From NCBI GenBank assembly GCA_030265395.1, contig JARFYF010000050.1:19632403-19696402 (forward strand): a stretch of DNA of 64,000 nucleotides, given 5' to 3'. The translations under genes and the position numbers were made by a program. This stretch comes from Rhina ancylostomus. Its lineage: Eukaryota. Under the pieces are notes generated by a model. The model saw only the letters and a list, made by a program, of their open reading frames with translations, did no database searches and was not told the DNA's origin. The first letter of the stretch is position 1. Each line of letters starts with the position of its first letter. This document shows positions 61,556 through 64,000 of the stretch, piece by piece.

Positions 61556-64000
61556 GCTCACAGACACAATTTACAGTTTATTTTGACGCATGACAAGAAG
61601 TTTGAAACTTACAGGCAGCATACTGTTCCCTAAGCTGTGGCTGTGATGTAAATGTACATTCTTAGGCCTGTTTGTCTCATTTAAATATTAATCTGACTTC
61701 CACATTTTCAGAAAATGCAACATGGAATATGAAATAGCAATATGGGTGATTAGGATCATGGCAACTTACAGAATTCAGAGTTTTATTTGTGAATTGACTC
61801 TTACTCTTGATACAGTTTCAAAAATAAAATTTGGATTTCCTCTCTTAACCATGTAATACCCTCACAGTTCCTCAGGAATGGCTCTGACATGCAGTTTTGC
61901 CATCTGCCAAAGGTTTTATGACATGGGTTCAGACCACTAATAAACACGGAGCTTCCCTTTCATTTTATCATACATACAACATAATTTCCACAGCGGGGGC
62001 ACGAGAGAGAATGTTACAGACTAAAATCATAAGTGCATCACTCCATTAATCCCCAGTAAAGGCATATCAGTTAAGATGAATCAATAGTAAAAAAAAGAAA
62101 ATCATACTGATATCACAACTGTCTCTTATTATTCATACGAAATGCAGATAAGAGTAAATTTGAATTGTTCAGTGTAAAACAGCTATTCAAAAATAGTGCA
62201 GAGAAGCTGAAGTAATTAAGTCTATGCAGCAGTGGACCTGTGGAAACTGATTTATGCTGTTTAATAATGCACACAGGCATTCCCTGGCTAATACATGCTG
62301 CAGTTTACAAGCAGCCTCATAAACCATTAACTCGCTGACCAGCCAAGCACACTTCATCATCTCTGGACTGCCTGGCATCCTTTCTCTGAGTCAGTCACTC
62401 AACAGGCATGTTCACTTCCCTCTTTTTCCTCTGGTAGTAAGCCATTTTATGGAGCTTATAATTTATAGTCCTTTTGCTTCCGGTCAGCTAAATTTAGTCA
62501 GTGACAAGGCTGCACTTTAATGCTCTTGTTTTAATGGAGAAGGGTTGTCTCAATTTCAAGTCTCTTGTTCTCTCATTTTTAGTCTATACCTCCATTAATC
62601 TCTACTCTCTCTCTCTCTGCTCTATCTGTACACCTCTATTCCAAATGTTCTACCATCTGTCTGCTTTGCCTGTCAACTCTTTCTACACTGAATCCCATTT
62701 TCTTAAACGATAAAATGTTTCAGTTTTGTAAAATATGGTACTTGTTTGCACTGAAGGCAAGAGCACAACATTAACTGTTAATTTGCTTTGAGGTAAATTC
62801 TATATAATTTGTAAAGTATTGTTCAAAGTAAGACCAGATATGATCATAGGTATTTAAACCCCTCCTACTGATCAATCAGCAATGCTAACTATTAGTCAAC
62901 CATCAACTTTGTTGGAATCATCACCATCAATCTTTTCCTCATTCATCATCAGCTTTGTCAGATAATGGGGTATATTTCATAATTTGGACAGATGATAGAA
63001 GCTATCAAAAGCACCTTATTAGGAGCTGTTACAAGGCTCTCAAAGGCTGTCTACGTGCATCAAGGCCCTTGAATTTTACTTCAGATACAATATAACGTTT
63101 GACTTTTGCAAGGATGTGACTGAAAATTTTTTGGGAATCTGAGGGACCATCTGAAATTAGCCATATTGGTAGGATTTGTACACAATTTTGGGAGGCACAC
63201 ATAGCAAATCTCGAGTCTACTTTTGTTATGGTGGCTCAGTAAGTGGTAAGGAAACACATTACATAACATAAATAGGGAATTATGCACTTTCAGATACTAA
63301 TGGTATATTCTGTATTGGAAAGCTGCATACTCTATGTAATGGATTTAGTCATCTTCACATTTGGAAGTTGGAATATTAATGCATTTCTTTCAGACATGAA
63401 TATCCAAGTTTAGCACAGGGTCAAGGGTTCACTTCTTGTTAGAGATGTTTTTTTTTCCCTGACAGCCACCACAAACATGAAAAAAAGGTGTGATGGTTTC
63501 TAACAAGAAGATCTGTTCTCTCTTACTGCTGAAGTATGGACTGGATGAATAATAAGCATCTGCCTTCATTTATGCAATAACAGTTGCAAAGAATGATTGT
63601 TTAAGCCAATAATTATGTGCTTTTGAAAGGCTTTCCAATTCTAATTGAATCAACCAGTTGTTAAACATATTAGGAAAAGTTCAGATTTAGAAATAAAAAT
63701 GGTCACAGAATGGGCAATGGTCCTCAAAATTAATGATGTTGTAAAATTCTCTAGCCTCAGGACTGCCTATTTGAATAATTTATTTTTTTAAATTCCCACA
63801 CAATTTTCAAAAGATAAAGTGAGTCTTTATAAAAAGTGATTGTCTCATTTAAGAATCCATGCTATCAAGAAATATAGTTCTCAACCAGGAACCGGACATA
63901 GGCAGCAAGACCAAATTGTTCTTTTAACTACGAGGGAGAGCCTAACAACTGAGGTGCTCAGCTGGTTTGTGAATCTTGTTCTGGAATTGCAATTAAAAAG

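Overview
AT-rich eukaryotic DNA from a gapped draft assembly (13 N-runs). The repeat content (HE1-like V-SINEs, Deu-domain SINEs, CR1, Rex1/Babar, RTE, L2, Penelope-like elements) points to a vertebrate, most likely a cartilaginous fish; this is inferred from my recall of those families, not from a database search. I found no intact, recognisable host protein-coding gene, RNA gene or CRISPR array. Nearly all ORFs in the track are decayed retrotransposon fragments or chance ORFs. Positions 1-48 kb and 59-61.5 kb are a mosaic of decayed and nested retroelements. About 48.3-59.3 kb is conspicuously TE-poor and has a promoter/first-exon-like segment near 56.9-57.7 kb. The best leads are: (1) Penelope-derived asymmetric foldback elements carrying a minimal hammerhead-ribozyme motif; (2) a probable decayed fibrinogen-related-domain relic at about 6.3-6.85 kb; (3) a 75-nt pre-miRNA-like hairpin at 34741-34815; (4) two V-SINEs with the same head but tails from different LINE clades. 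I cannot support a claim of a wholly new biological system. Element boundaries were read by eye and are approximate.
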